Below the pieces are notes generated by a model. That model worked only from the letters and a program-made list of their open reading frames with translations, searched no databases and was not told where the DNA came from. The translations under genes were made by a program, and so were the position numbers. Shown piece by piece: positions 9,423 to 18,039 of a stretch of DNA of 64,000 bases. The stretch is from assembly GCA_038064535.1 (NCBI GenBank), contig JBBTSX010000009.1, positions 1,603 through 65,602 of the forward strand, given 5' to 3'. Origin of the DNA: Patescibacteria group bacterium (GTDB lineage: Bacteria > Patescibacteriota > Minisyncoccia > Phycocordibacterales > UBA2100). Within the stretch, counting starts at the first letter, position 1. The number at the start of each line of letters is the position of its first letter.

Positions 9423-10145
9423 ATGGCTCCGAAATTGATCGTCTTTGCCTCCGGTACTGCAGAGGGCGGGAGCTCGAGTACGACTCCACTTGGATTTTCT
9501 AAGACGATGCATCGTCAAGAAAATCTCGGCGGAGGCTCGGGATTTGAAAACCTCGTCAAAAGCCCGGACCTCAAGGCCGACATCGTCGCAGTCGTTTCCA
9601 ATCACGAACACGGTGGGGTGCGGGCGAGAGCCGAAAGGCTCAATGTTCCTTTTGTGCATTTTCCCGCACCGTGGGACGCAGAGCACTATGCTAGTGTTTT
9701 GCAAAAGACTGCAATAGGAAACGGGTGGGTCGCGCTCTCGGGTTGGTTCAAATTCGTGCACGGATTGAACCCCGCAAAGACATTCAATGTTCACCCGGCA
9801 TTACTTTCTTTCGACAATGGTCGCTTCGGAGGCAGGGCGATGTTCGGGCCGCGTATGCACGAAGCGGTGCGTGAAGCGTTTGAGCGGGGCGAGATCACCG
9901 AAAGCGGTTGCACCATGCATTTCGTTACCGACGAGTACGACCGCGGCCCCGCATTTTTCGAATATCGCGTACCCCTATCAAAAGGTATGGTGCCCGACGA
10001 CATTGCACAAGCTGTGAACAACGTGAAACACGAGTGGCAGCCGCGCATTACCAACATGGTCGTGCACGGCGAAATATCGTGGGACGGCAAAAACCCGCAA
10101 ACGCTGAAAGTGCCCGCGGGTTACGAATACTTCCCGAAACTCTGA
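9423..10145 (+). CDS. purN: Phosphoribosylglycinamide formyltransferase (folate-dependent formyltransferase domain, PurN-like)
   Basis: KLIVFASG..., NVHPALLS (HPSLLP motif), HFVTDEYDRGPAFFE are colinear with PurN. The track starts at a TTG at 9360; the first ATG is 9423, preceded by TATAGT at 9408-9413. Confidence 0.8.
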   Translation: MAPKLIVFASGTAEGGSSSTTPLGFSKTMHRQENLGGGSGFENLVKSPDLKADIVAVVSNHEHGGVRARAERLNVPFVHFPAPWDAEHYASVLQKTAIGNGWVALSGWFKFVHGLNPAKTFNVHPALLSFDNGRFGGRAMFGPRMHEAVREAFERGEITESGCTMHFVTDEYDRGPAFFEYRVPLSKGMVPDDIAQAVNNVKHEWQPRITNMVVHGEISWDGKNPQTLKVPAGYEYFPKL

Positions 10146-10167
10146 AATTGGCTACAATGCGCACCAC

Positions 10168-10249
10168 GGGCATGTGGCGGAACTGGTATACGCGTACGAT
10201 TCAGAATCGTATTCCGCAAGGATTGGGAGTTCGAGTCTCCCCATGCCCA
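10168..10249 (+). tRNA. tRNA-Leu (anticodon CAG), class II with long variable arm
   Basis: Acceptor GGGCATG/CATGCCC. Anticodon stem TACGA/TCGTA, loop TTCAGAA (U33, CAG, A37). 13-nt variable arm hairpin TCC-GCAA-GGA. T arm GGGAG-TTCGAGT-CTCCC. 82 nt, no CCA. Confidence 0.88.
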
Positions 10250-10251
10250 CT

Positions 10252-10971
10252 GTGAAAGTAACACCGGTCAAAACAGGGGTTTTTAAGGAACGCGAAAACC
10301 TCGCGGCTTTTGTGGCGCGTTATATACCGAAGCTTCAGAATGGTTCGATACTCGTTGTCACGTCGAAAATCGTCGCGCTTGCGGAAGGCTCCGTCGTAGC
10401 GGCTACGACGCCGCGCGCGAAGGATGCGCTTATCCGCGCAGAGAGCGATTGGCAACTTCAGGCGAAGGGCGGAAAAATAACTCTCAAAGACGGGTTGTTG
10501 ATGTGGAATGCGGGTATTGATGAGTCGAATGCAAAAGGCAACGTCATCCTCCTGCCAAAAGATAGTTTCAAAGCCGCCGCACGGTTGCGAAAAGCGCTCA
10601 TGCGACAGTTCCATATAAGGAACTGCGGCGTAATAATTTCTGACAGCCGTGTGATGCTGCTACGCGCAGGCGTCGTCGGCATTGCGCTCGGTTACGCCGG
10701 ATTCAAGGGTGTGCGTGATTACCGGGGCCAAAAAGATATGTTCGGTCGCAAACTCAAATTCACACAGACCGATATTGCAGATTCACTCGCGACCGCCGCG
10801 GCGCTCGTCATGGGAGAGGGGAGCGAGCAGCAGCCGCTATGCGTCATCGAAGACGCGCCGGTTGAGTTCGTCAATCGCGTCAACAAAAAGGAGCTTTTGA
10901 TACCGATGAAAGACGACATGTATGCGCCGCTGTTCGGGCGTGTTGTCCGAAGTCGCCGCACGAAAAACTAG
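10252..10971 (+). CDS. CofE-like protein (coenzyme F420-0:gamma-glutamyl ligase family, PF01996)
   Basis: VKVTPVKTGVFKE...ILVVTSKIVALAEGSVV...ISDS resembles CofE. The track ORF starts at 10174 inside the tRNA. Start is probably GTG at 10252, or ATG at 10243, which would overlap the tRNA 3' end by 7 nt. Confidence 0.6.
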   Translation: MKVTPVKTGVFKERENLAAFVARYIPKLQNGSILVVTSKIVALAEGSVVAATTPRAKDALIRAESDWQLQAKGGKITLKDGLLMWNAGIDESNAKGNVILLPKDSFKAAARLRKALMRQFHIRNCGVIISDSRVMLLRAGVVGIALGYAGFKGVRDYRGQKDMFGRKLKFTQTDIADSLATAAALVMGEGSEQQPLCVIEDAPVEFVNRVNKKELLIPMKDDMYAPLFGRVVRSRRTKN

Positions 10972-12587
10972 ATTCCCAGTTTCTTTCGGTACTTGAACCC
11001 AAGCGCGGCGAGGAGAATCAAAAAGGGTACGAGAAGCGTGTATTGCCACGGGTCCGTTGAGTTCACGCTCAGTACCGCGCTCGCCGCTTGTGCATCGGAA
11101 GAGGTGGCGGGGGAACCTGTAGCGGATGACTCGTTAATCGGAGTTTGCGGATTCTCATTGTCTGGAGCGTGTGCTGGAGCCGGTGCCTGAGCCGCGTTCA
11201 CTGCGGGGGATTCAGGCGTGGACGTTGCTGTTTCGGCAGTCGAAGTGGCCGCCGGCGCTGAGGTTGCAGAGGTTGTAACGGGCAGGGGCTTCGCAAATGA
11301 AGAGAGCAGGCTGTCCCACGTCGCACGTCTGATCCCCGGAATGGCATACGCGGTCGCCCACACACGGTCAGCGGTCGACGACGCATGTACGCCGCCGTCG
11401 CTGTCCTGAAGGGTTGCAAGGTAGTAATCGGGTGTGTAGCTGTCCTGTTGCCAATCGGTCGCGGTGCCGTTCATGGCGGCGATTGCCTGAAGCATCCAGC
11501 TTGAGGAATATGGGTCTCCGAAACTGCCGTCCTCGAGTTGCTTGTCGCGCAGGTACCCCGTAGCCTTGCTTATCGCATAGCGCACGTTGCCGCTATCCGG
11601 CATGAGCCTGAGGGCTTGAATAGCGGCGGCAGTGAGGTCGACACTGTCATTCCACAGACCGCTGGTTCCTTGCCTCGAAAGAATGAACGCAGTGGTCGAT
11701 GCGATAACAGGGTCGTTTTTTTCATATCCGGCATGGAGGAGCGGAAAGATTGCGAAGATGTCGTCGTTGACGAGCGACGGGTCGCCGAACTGTGTTCCGT
11801 CGAACGAACGTATAATCGGTTCGATGTAATCAACCGGCGTGCCCGAGTACGGATTTATCCCGAGCGCCTCGAGCGCCATCGCGTGGCGTTCATTCTCCGT
11901 GACGACCGTCGATATCACGGGGTGCGCTGTTTCGTATGCCGTGAGTTTTGCGCGCAACGTCGGGGATTCGCCGACCGCCGACGCAATCGCGACCCAGTCA
12001 TTGAGCATGGGCGACCCGAAAGAGCCGTCGGAATTTTGCACGCTCTCCAGATATTCGAATGCGGCCGGCACGTCGAAGGGCGGATGCATCCAAATGCCGC
12101 CGCTCCCGCCGCCTGCAGTTGTCGCGGCAGGCGGGCTTATCAGCGTGCCGATTTTGAATAGTACGGGAGAGCCGATTGTCGAGTTGTCGGTCCAATCCGT
12201 GAGCTGGAAGCTGAGCTGGTCGCCGCTCACGATAGTCATGGTGCTTAGGCCGGCATCGGAATATGCACCGTTTTTGTAGAGTGCCCAGTATTGGGTTGCC
12301 GAAGGCGCTGTGCCGTTGAGAGTCTGCACGTAAAAGCCGAACGTGTTGTCGTAGGTGAGTTGATACGAGCTTACGGCACCCTGCTCCTGTGCGGCGACCA
12401 GCGCGCAAATACCGAGGAACTGCGAGGTCGAATAAGTATGTGCGGTGCCGCCGCTGTCAGACGCGGTGCAGTGGTCGGCCACATTGACGGATAGTATCGG
12501 AGGAGGAGGCGGTGGCAGTACATCTGCGAGGGAGGCAGGGGGGAGGGCGAATAAAAGAGCGATTCCTATGCGCGCGAACGTTTTCAT
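10968..12587 (-). CDS. Secreted surface protein: signal peptide, DUF4430 (transcobalamin-like) domain, prenyltransferase/terpene-cyclase-like alpha-toroid repeats, S/T/A/P-rich linker and C-terminal TM anchor
   Basis: Signal MKTFARIGIALLFALPPASLA. DUF4430-like LTYDNTFGFYVQTLNG...YWALYKNG...GDQLSF. Repeats QNSDGSFG, QLEDGSFGD and QDSDGGV. C-terminus WQYTLLVPFLILLAALGFKYRKK. Confidence 0.65.
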   Translation of the reverse strand: MKTFARIGIALLFALPPASLADVLPPPPPPILSVNVADHCTASDSGGTAHTYSTSQFLGICALVAAQEQGAVSSYQLTYDNTFGFYVQTLNGTAPSATQYWALYKNGAYSDAGLSTMTIVSGDQLSFQLTDWTDNSTIGSPVLFKIGTLISPPAATTAGGGSGGIWMHPPFDVPAAFEYLESVQNSDGSFGSPMLNDWVAIASAVGESPTLRAKLTAYETAHPVISTVVTENERHAMALEALGINPYSGTPVDYIEPIIRSFDGTQFGDPSLVNDDIFAIFPLLHAGYEKNDPVIASTTAFILSRQGTSGLWNDSVDLTAAAIQALRLMPDSGNVRYAISKATGYLRDKQLEDGSFGDPYSSSWMLQAIAAMNGTATDWQQDSYTPDYYLATLQDSDGGVHASSTADRVWATAYAIPGIRRATWDSLLSSFAKPLPVTTSATSAPAATSTAETATSTPESPAVNAAQAPAPAHAPDNENPQTPINESSATGSPATSSDAQAASAVLSVNSTDPWQYTLLVPFLILLAALGFKYRKKLGI

Positions 12588-12611
12588 ACGGGTAACTGAT
12601 TAGAAATACTA

Positions 12612-13097
12612 TTAATAACTCTTTTCATAGCGCCACTCGACAGTGTCGCCGGCATGAATGGTCGCGTTTGAGGCTCCGAGGTCGGAAGATTTCCCGTTGA
12701 TATACAAAATCCAATACGCTCCGTCGCCGTTCTTTTTGCCGTTGATTGATTCGACGAAGAACCCGAGCGACGGATATTCTTTTCCCGTAAATTTGAAGTC
12801 GGTCGTAGATGCGAGGCTACGCATGAGTGCGAGGACGCTCTCGTTTGACGCGATGTATGTGCCATATATCCGGTCGCCGGCCTTGAACGTAACGTTATTT
12901 GCGGGAGATGGTGCCGCGGAGGTCTGTGATATTGAGGCGGGTGCGTGTCGCGGGGCAGTCTGCGCCGGTTCGGTCGTTGTAGCGACGAGCGGAGTCGCCG
13001 CCGCGCCCCCCGGTTCTGTGTATCCGGTGCGGGACACGGCGAAAATCGCCGCGACCAGCATGATGAGTATTCCGATGGTGATGTAATTTCTTTTCAT
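12612..13097 (-). CDS. DUF4430-domain membrane-anchored protein
   Basis: N-terminal TM IGILIMLVAAIFAV, a low-complexity linker, then FFVESINGKKNGDGAYWILYINGKSSDLGASNATIHAGDTVEWRY, the DUF4430 signature. Confidence 0.7.
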   Translation of the reverse strand: MKRNYITIGILIMLVAAIFAVSRTGYTEPGGAAATPLVATTTEPAQTAPRHAPASISQTSAAPSPANNVTFKAGDRIYGTYIASNESVLALMRSLASTTDFKFTGKEYPSLGFFVESINGKKNGDGAYWILYINGKSSDLGASNATIHAGDTVEWRYEKSY

Positions 13098-13118
13098 GTC
13101 ATAACAAAAATGTTTTGC

Positions 13119-14399
13119 CTATCGTAGCCCGCGCTTGATCGTCTCCTCGATAAGCATTCGCGGCCATCCGTAGGCGAGACGATTCAGCGTCACCACTTTG
13201 TCTTTCATTGGTCCCATTTCCGGTACCGATTCAGGCGGCAGGCTTGCGCCCGAAAATGGCGGACTCGTCTTCCCGTCAATCATGAGCTTGATGTAAAAAT
13301 TAAACCGCGGCAATCCCATGAAATCGGCCTCGGTTATCGGTGCGAACTCTTGGGCAAGAATCTTGGCGTCTTCCGCGCCAACCTCAAAAGAAACGAGAGT
13401 TCCGACATTGCCAAGGACGCTGTCACGGATCTCATCCGGCAACTGCGACAGGTATTGGTTAGTGAGGTGTACCCCTAGTCCGTATTTGCGCGATTCGCTG
13501 AGCAGGCTGATAAAAGTGTCGGTCGCGAAGTTCTGGAATTCGTCGACATAGAGGTAAAAGGGAGTCCGGTGTGTACTCTCTCGATTCGCGCGCTTGAGTA
13601 CCGCAACCTGTAATTTTGATATCAAGATCAACCCGAGCATATGCGCGTTCAGCTCACCGACCTTACCCTTCGACAGGTTCGCAAGCACAATGCTTTTGCC
13701 GTCCATGAGTGCGTCGAAGCTGAAGCTACTCGTGCGTTGACCCATGATGTTGCGCATCATCGCGTTGTTGAGAAACGGTCCGAATTTGGACATGAAGTAG
13801 TTGAGCATTTCGCTCTTGTGGAAGTCCGATGTTCTCGTCATTTGCTTGGCCCAGAAATCGATTACGAGCGGATCAGTCAGCTGCGCCCTCTTTTTCTTCT
13901 CGAATTCACGGTCAACGAACAGCCGCGGAATTTCCAGTATGTTCCCGCCGTCGGGCCCCGCCATGACCGTGAGCGCGGCATTGCGCAGCCAGTGCTCGAA
14001 TTGCGGGCCTATAACGCCGGTCTTTTTTGGGTCGAACAGTTTATAGAAGATCTGGATGCACTCGTTGACGAGGAAGTCTTTCTCAAATTCATCCCGCGCT
14101 TCCAGTATATTCAGTCCGAACGGGAACTCCGTATCACTCGGGTCAAAGAGTACAACATCTTTCAGTCGGTTGCTCGGGATGTGTTCCAAGAGCCAGTCGA
14201 TGGATTCTCCATGCGGATCGACGTAGCATACGCCGTGTCCATTCTTAATATCCTGCAGGCACATGTTCTGAAAGACGGTCGATTTTCCGACGCCAGTTTT
14301 CCCGATCATATACATGTGTCGCAGCCGGTCATCCGGCATATAACCGATGAGCTTTTTGCGGTCGCGCGTTTCGTGTACGCCTATATATACATTTGCCAT
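13119..14399 (-). CDS. VirD4/TraD/TrwB-like P-loop ATPase (type IV coupling-protein-like, FtsK-HerA superfamily). Soluble, with no N-terminal TM.
   Basis: Walker A MIGKTGVGKST and Walker B YLYVDEFQNF, with the TraG-D_C-like region. Paralog of 22425-24287. Confidence 0.65.
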   Translation of the reverse strand: MANVYIGVHETRDRKKLIGYMPDDRLRHMYMIGKTGVGKSTVFQNMCLQDIKNGHGVCYVDPHGESIDWLLEHIPSNRLKDVVLFDPSDTEFPFGLNILEARDEFEKDFLVNECIQIFYKLFDPKKTGVIGPQFEHWLRNAALTVMAGPDGGNILEIPRLFVDREFEKKKRAQLTDPLVIDFWAKQMTRTSDFHKSEMLNYFMSKFGPFLNNAMMRNIMGQRTSSFSFDALMDGKSIVLANLSKGKVGELNAHMLGLILISKLQVAVLKRANRESTHRTPFYLYVDEFQNFATDTFISLLSESRKYGLGVHLTNQYLSQLPDEIRDSVLGNVGTLVSFEVGAEDAKILAQEFAPITEADFMGLPRFNFYIKLMIDGKTSPPFSGASLPPESVPEMGPMKDKVVTLNRLAYGWPRMLIEETIKRGLR

Positions 14400-14403
14400 A
14401 GTG

Positions 14404-14724
14404 TTAAAAGATATCGGTGTCGAGCGGTTTTTTGACGAAATACTCGGTCTTGAGGGTCATGTGTAGTTTCTTGCGCGCATTCGCGGCCCGCGTCTCCGCT
14501 TCGATGTGTATCAGCAATACATCACGCTCGTACTGTATTTTCGTGCGGAGCGCTTCATAGAGGGGCGCACTGATGTCGGTTTCTAGAGAGGACAGCATTG
14601 TTTTGCGCAATTCGCACACCTCTTCCATCTGGATGTACGTCGGGTGCACCTCTGCCAATGTTTCCTGTGTCTCTTCACGAGAAGCAGTGCCCGGATAGCG
14701 TAGATGCTCGTTGGTTCGCGTCAT
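14404..14724 (-). CDS. Hypothetical 106-aa protein, translationally coupled to the upstream Clp ATPase gene (ATGA overlap)
   Basis: The track ORF spans 14404-14772. An internal Met at 14724 gives a 4-nt ATGA overlap with the stop of 14721-16385, and a 4-nt gap to the next gene. Confidence 0.5.
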   Translation of the reverse strand: MTRTNEHLRYPGTASREETQETLAEVHPTYIQMEEVCELRKTMLSSLETDISAPLYEALRTKIQYERDVLLIHIEAETRAANARKKLHMTLKTEYFVKKPLDTDIF

Positions 14725-16385
14725 ACAGAGGGAGAGTGTGTTAGCAATGACTGCGCGAGCAAGGTCTCGCACGTCTCTTCGATGAATCTCTTCACCGGCC
14801 GTGCCCCGAAACGCGGGTCCGATATGCGCTGCACCTGATCTTTCAGGACGCCGGGTTCGATCTCGAATTGCACACGGTGTTTTGCAAGCCGTCTTTCTAT
14901 TTTCTTGACCTCAAGCTGCGCAATCCGTATGAGGCTCGGTACGCCGAGCGGTTTGAATATCAGTATGCTGTCGAAGCGATTGAGGAATTCAAGGCGGAAT
15001 GTCTGCGCGAGGATGGGCATGATTTTCTCGGCGATGAACGATTCATCGTCGATATCACCGGCAGTGTAGGCCTCGAGAATGTGTGCGACGGCGACGTTCG
15101 AGGTCGCCATAATAATCGCATCGCGCGCGTCAACGGTATCGTTCTGTCCCGACGTCAGGCGTCCGTCGTCGAGCACCTGGAGAAAAATATCGAACACTTT
15201 TGGATGAGCTTTCTCTATTTCGTCGAGTAAGATAAGCGAGTGAGGCTCTTTGCGGAGTGCGTTGGTGAGCGCGCCGCCCTCTTCGTACCCGATATATCCG
15301 GCCGGCGCGCCGATGAGACGTTGTACAGTATGATCCTGCTGGAACTCCGACATATCAAAACGCATGAAGCGCTCGCTCGTACCGAACATAATCTCCGCGA
15401 CGCATTTCGCAGTTTCAGTCTTTCCGACACCGGATGGCCCGAGGAGGAGGAATGAGCCGAGCGGCCGGCGGGGGTCTCGTAGCCCGAGCTTCGCGCGCTG
15501 CAGACTTCGCGTGATTTTCGCGATTGCCGCCTCCTGACCGATCACGCGTTCGTTCAATTGCTGTTCGAGCGCACGTACGCCCTGCAGCTCATCTTCGCTC
15601 AGGCGCGCGCGCGGTACGCCTGTCTTGGCCTCGACGACGGTGGCGACCGTCTCATGCGAGAGTATTCTGCGGTTCGTCGAAGCAGAGAGTGAGATACTCT
15701 CATCGAGTAAGCGGATTGCCGAGCGCGGCAATTGGCCGAGCGTCGGGAATCGCTCCGCATACGCGACGATATCTTTCAGGATGTCCTCCGGGATGATGAT
15801 GCGGTGCCGGGCATTGAGCGTTGATACCGATGCGCGCGCAATGCGAACGCATTCGAACGATGTTTGATTCTTCAGGGCGATTGTCTCGAAGGCATTCAGG
15901 AACGAAGAGTGCTCTCGTTCGAGCCATGCGTGCTCATGGGGCGCGAGCGTGAGCACGACGTGTACGTCGGGTCGCCTCAGGATCTGCTTGTAGACACGAT
16001 GGATACGCTGCAAAAGCGGGCTGTTTTGATGCACCTCGTGACCAAAATCGTCGATGAAAAGAATGCACGGGGGAAGATGCGATAGTGCTTCTTGGAACCG
16101 ATCTTCAAGACCGCCGTTGTCATTGAGTGTGTGGAGATGTTCGACACTTATCTGGAGAAGTGCGAGCTGTTTGTTGCGCGCGCGGCTCGCCATGGCGCGC
16201 ATCCAGCCGTATACCATGGTGGACTTTCCGACACCGGCGGGCCCCACAATAACGGCATTGTTGCTGATGCGGCGATCGATCACGCGATCGAGTCGCGCCG
16301 TTTCGTCGCGCCGGCCGATGACGCGCGGGAGCCGACCCGCTACCTCGCGGAGGTCGTAGTATTCGATTTTTTCAGACATTTTCAT
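14721..16385 (-). CDS. Clp/Hsp100-family double AAA+ ATPase (ClpA/B/C-like D1 and D2), compact form lacking N- and M-domains
   Basis: D1 has Walker A GPAGVGKS and Walker B ILFIDDF (DD in place of DE). D2 has GPSGVGKTE, the pore loop RLIGAPAGYIGYEEGG and Walker B LILLDEIEKAH, typical of AAA_2. No IGF-type ClpP loop is obvious. Confidence 0.8.
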   Translation of the reverse strand: MKMSEKIEYYDLREVAGRLPRVIGRRDETARLDRVIDRRISNNAVIVGPAGVGKSTMVYGWMRAMASRARNKQLALLQISVEHLHTLNDNGGLEDRFQEALSHLPPCILFIDDFGHEVHQNSPLLQRIHRVYKQILRRPDVHVVLTLAPHEHAWLEREHSSFLNAFETIALKNQTSFECVRIARASVSTLNARHRIIIPEDILKDIVAYAERFPTLGQLPRSAIRLLDESISLSASTNRRILSHETVATVVEAKTGVPRARLSEDELQGVRALEQQLNERVIGQEAAIAKITRSLQRAKLGLRDPRRPLGSFLLLGPSGVGKTETAKCVAEIMFGTSERFMRFDMSEFQQDHTVQRLIGAPAGYIGYEEGGALTNALRKEPHSLILLDEIEKAHPKVFDIFLQVLDDGRLTSGQNDTVDARDAIIMATSNVAVAHILEAYTAGDIDDESFIAEKIMPILAQTFRLEFLNRFDSILIFKPLGVPSLIRIAQLEVKKIERRLAKHRVQFEIEPGVLKDQVQRISDPRFGARPVKRFIEETCETLLAQSLLTHSPSV

Positions 16386-16401
16386 ACTAAGAAGTCTTTA
16401 T

Positions 16402-18039
16402 TTACGCGGCCCGGCGGAGTGTAATACCATTGAGCTTGTGTGTCCGCTCCGCGCGAGTCGGGTCGCTATCGGTGTTTGGCGGTGGGGACGTGCGGAGCTT
16501 TGACAATGCTTCGGCATACCTGCGTTGGAGGAAAGGCGATACCGGCTGCTCTGCGGCCGCCACAATGCGCGGTCGTTCGACTCGCGGCTCCCGATCGCGC
16601 AGTACCTGTCGCAGAGGCGGTCCGGACTCTCGAGCGTCTGCGCGCGCGGGTTTCTCAGGCGTCTCGCGCACACTCGGGGCAGCTGTATCCGGAGTCGGTG
16701 CAGATTCGATCATGTCCTTGGGACCGTGTGGCCGTGCGTCGCGCTCCAATGGTTCGCTCTGCATATCTGACAGTGTGAGCAGTTCCTCTTTCAAGAATTG
16801 CTCGAGCGAAGCGATATGAACAATGGAGTCGTTGTGCGCCGGCTGCGCCAACTCGTGTATCTCCGATGTGAGGATGCCCGCCGCTTCTGATGTCGTCGGA
16901 GCAATGGACTCGACGCTGGTCGCGTCGATAGGCTCTTCACGTAGCGACTCCCGCGTGGCCGCGATATCAACAGCGAGGGTCTCGTCCGGCGTCCCGATAA
17001 CGGCAAAAAGATTTGCCTCGTGGAGCAGCTGGGTGACAGGCGACTCGGTGCGCTCACGTTGATATGGATCAATCGATGTTCGCTCGAGATTTTCGGAGTG
17101 ACGCCCAGACTCGATTTCTGTTGCCTTGTGGCGCGGCTCGTTTACGTGTTCGGGAACCGGGTGCCACTGTTCTGAGAATTGCGTTCGCACGTCTGAGAGG
17201 GTGGTGTGCTCCTGCGTTACAGACACGGGTGCCGCGACGCTCTCTCTGGAGGGCTCGTCTACGGATGTATGCAATATCCCATCTGACATATCGATTCCGG
17301 AGGCGTGCATGACGCCCGCTGCCTCGACACGGGACACATCGGTATGCAATGTCTCAGAAGTGCCGTTCGCCCCGCCCGTTGATTCTGCCGCTCGTGCGTA
17401 GGCGATTGCCGCGGCCTCTGCCGACAATGTGTCGTTCATGTGTTCTGTGGCTGGCTCTGGATGTTCTACAAAACGACCTCGTGTCTCTTGGTCGTGAGAA
17501 ACCTCGTGCTCGCGAGGCTCGATTTCCTCGGCTTTTCGCGGAACGAAAATCTCCCTGATCTCATACCGCACATTCTTGTCAGGGCCGAGTATAAGGACGG
17601 TGACGGATAGCCTTTCTCCGTCTGGCGTCGTTTCCTTGTGGTCGGGGAGCTGAAATATATGGTCCTTGTCTTGGTTTTCCTGCATCGCTTCGTTCCATTT
17701 CTGGACCATTTCCTGATGGACGAGCTCGTGCTCGGGGCTTCGTTCAACAGTGCCCCAATATGATTCCCCCGTTTGCGGATTAAATATCTCCTTGCCGTCA
17801 AAGACATACCCCTCGCCGCTGTATCGTAGTTCCCAATCCTCGGGCCTCGTACCGCCGATGTACTCGGTCAAGTGATGTGCAACCGGATCGATCGGGGCGG
17901 CCTCTTCCGACGGCCCGCTGTCGAACTGTGGTTGCGGGGTAGCCTCCGCATACGCAGGGGCCGGTTCGTATTCATCGTGCACTTCGAAATCACCGAGTTG
18001 CTCCTCGGTCTCGATAAATTCGTCGGTCTCTGTCGACAT
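16402..18039 (-). CDS. Hypothetical 545-aa highly acidic, low-complexity protein
   Basis: Long, strongly E/D-rich ORF on the coding strand of the operon, 16 nt upstream of the Clp ATPase gene. No recognizable catalytic motifs. Confidence 0.5.
   Translation of the reverse strand: MSTETDEFIETEEQLGDFEVHDEYEPAPAYAEATPQPQFDSGPSEEAAPIDPVAHHLTEYIGGTRPEDWELRYSGEGYVFDGKEIFNPQTGESYWGTVERSPEHELVHQEMVQKWNEAMQENQDKDHIFQLPDHKETTPDGERLSVTVLILGPDKNVRYEIREIFVPRKAEEIEPREHEVSHDQETRGRFVEHPEPATEHMNDTLSAEAAAIAYARAAESTGGANGTSETLHTDVSRVEAAGVMHASGIDMSDGILHTSVDEPSRESVAAPVSVTQEHTTLSDVRTQFSEQWHPVPEHVNEPRHKATEIESGRHSENLERTSIDPYQRERTESPVTQLLHEANLFAVIGTPDETLAVDIAATRESLREEPIDATSVESIAPTTSEAAGILTSEIHELAQPAHNDSIVHIASLEQFLKEELLTLSDMQSEPLERDARPHGPKDMIESAPTPDTAAPSVRETPEKPARADARESGPPLRQVLRDREPRVERPRIVAAAEQPVSPFLQRRYAEALSKLRTSPPPNTDSDPTRAERTHKLNGITLRRAA

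Noticed and set aside
9270-9794. 174-aa ORF on the minus strand
   Set aside because: Antisense to the well-supported purN coding region. No motifs. A shadow ORF.
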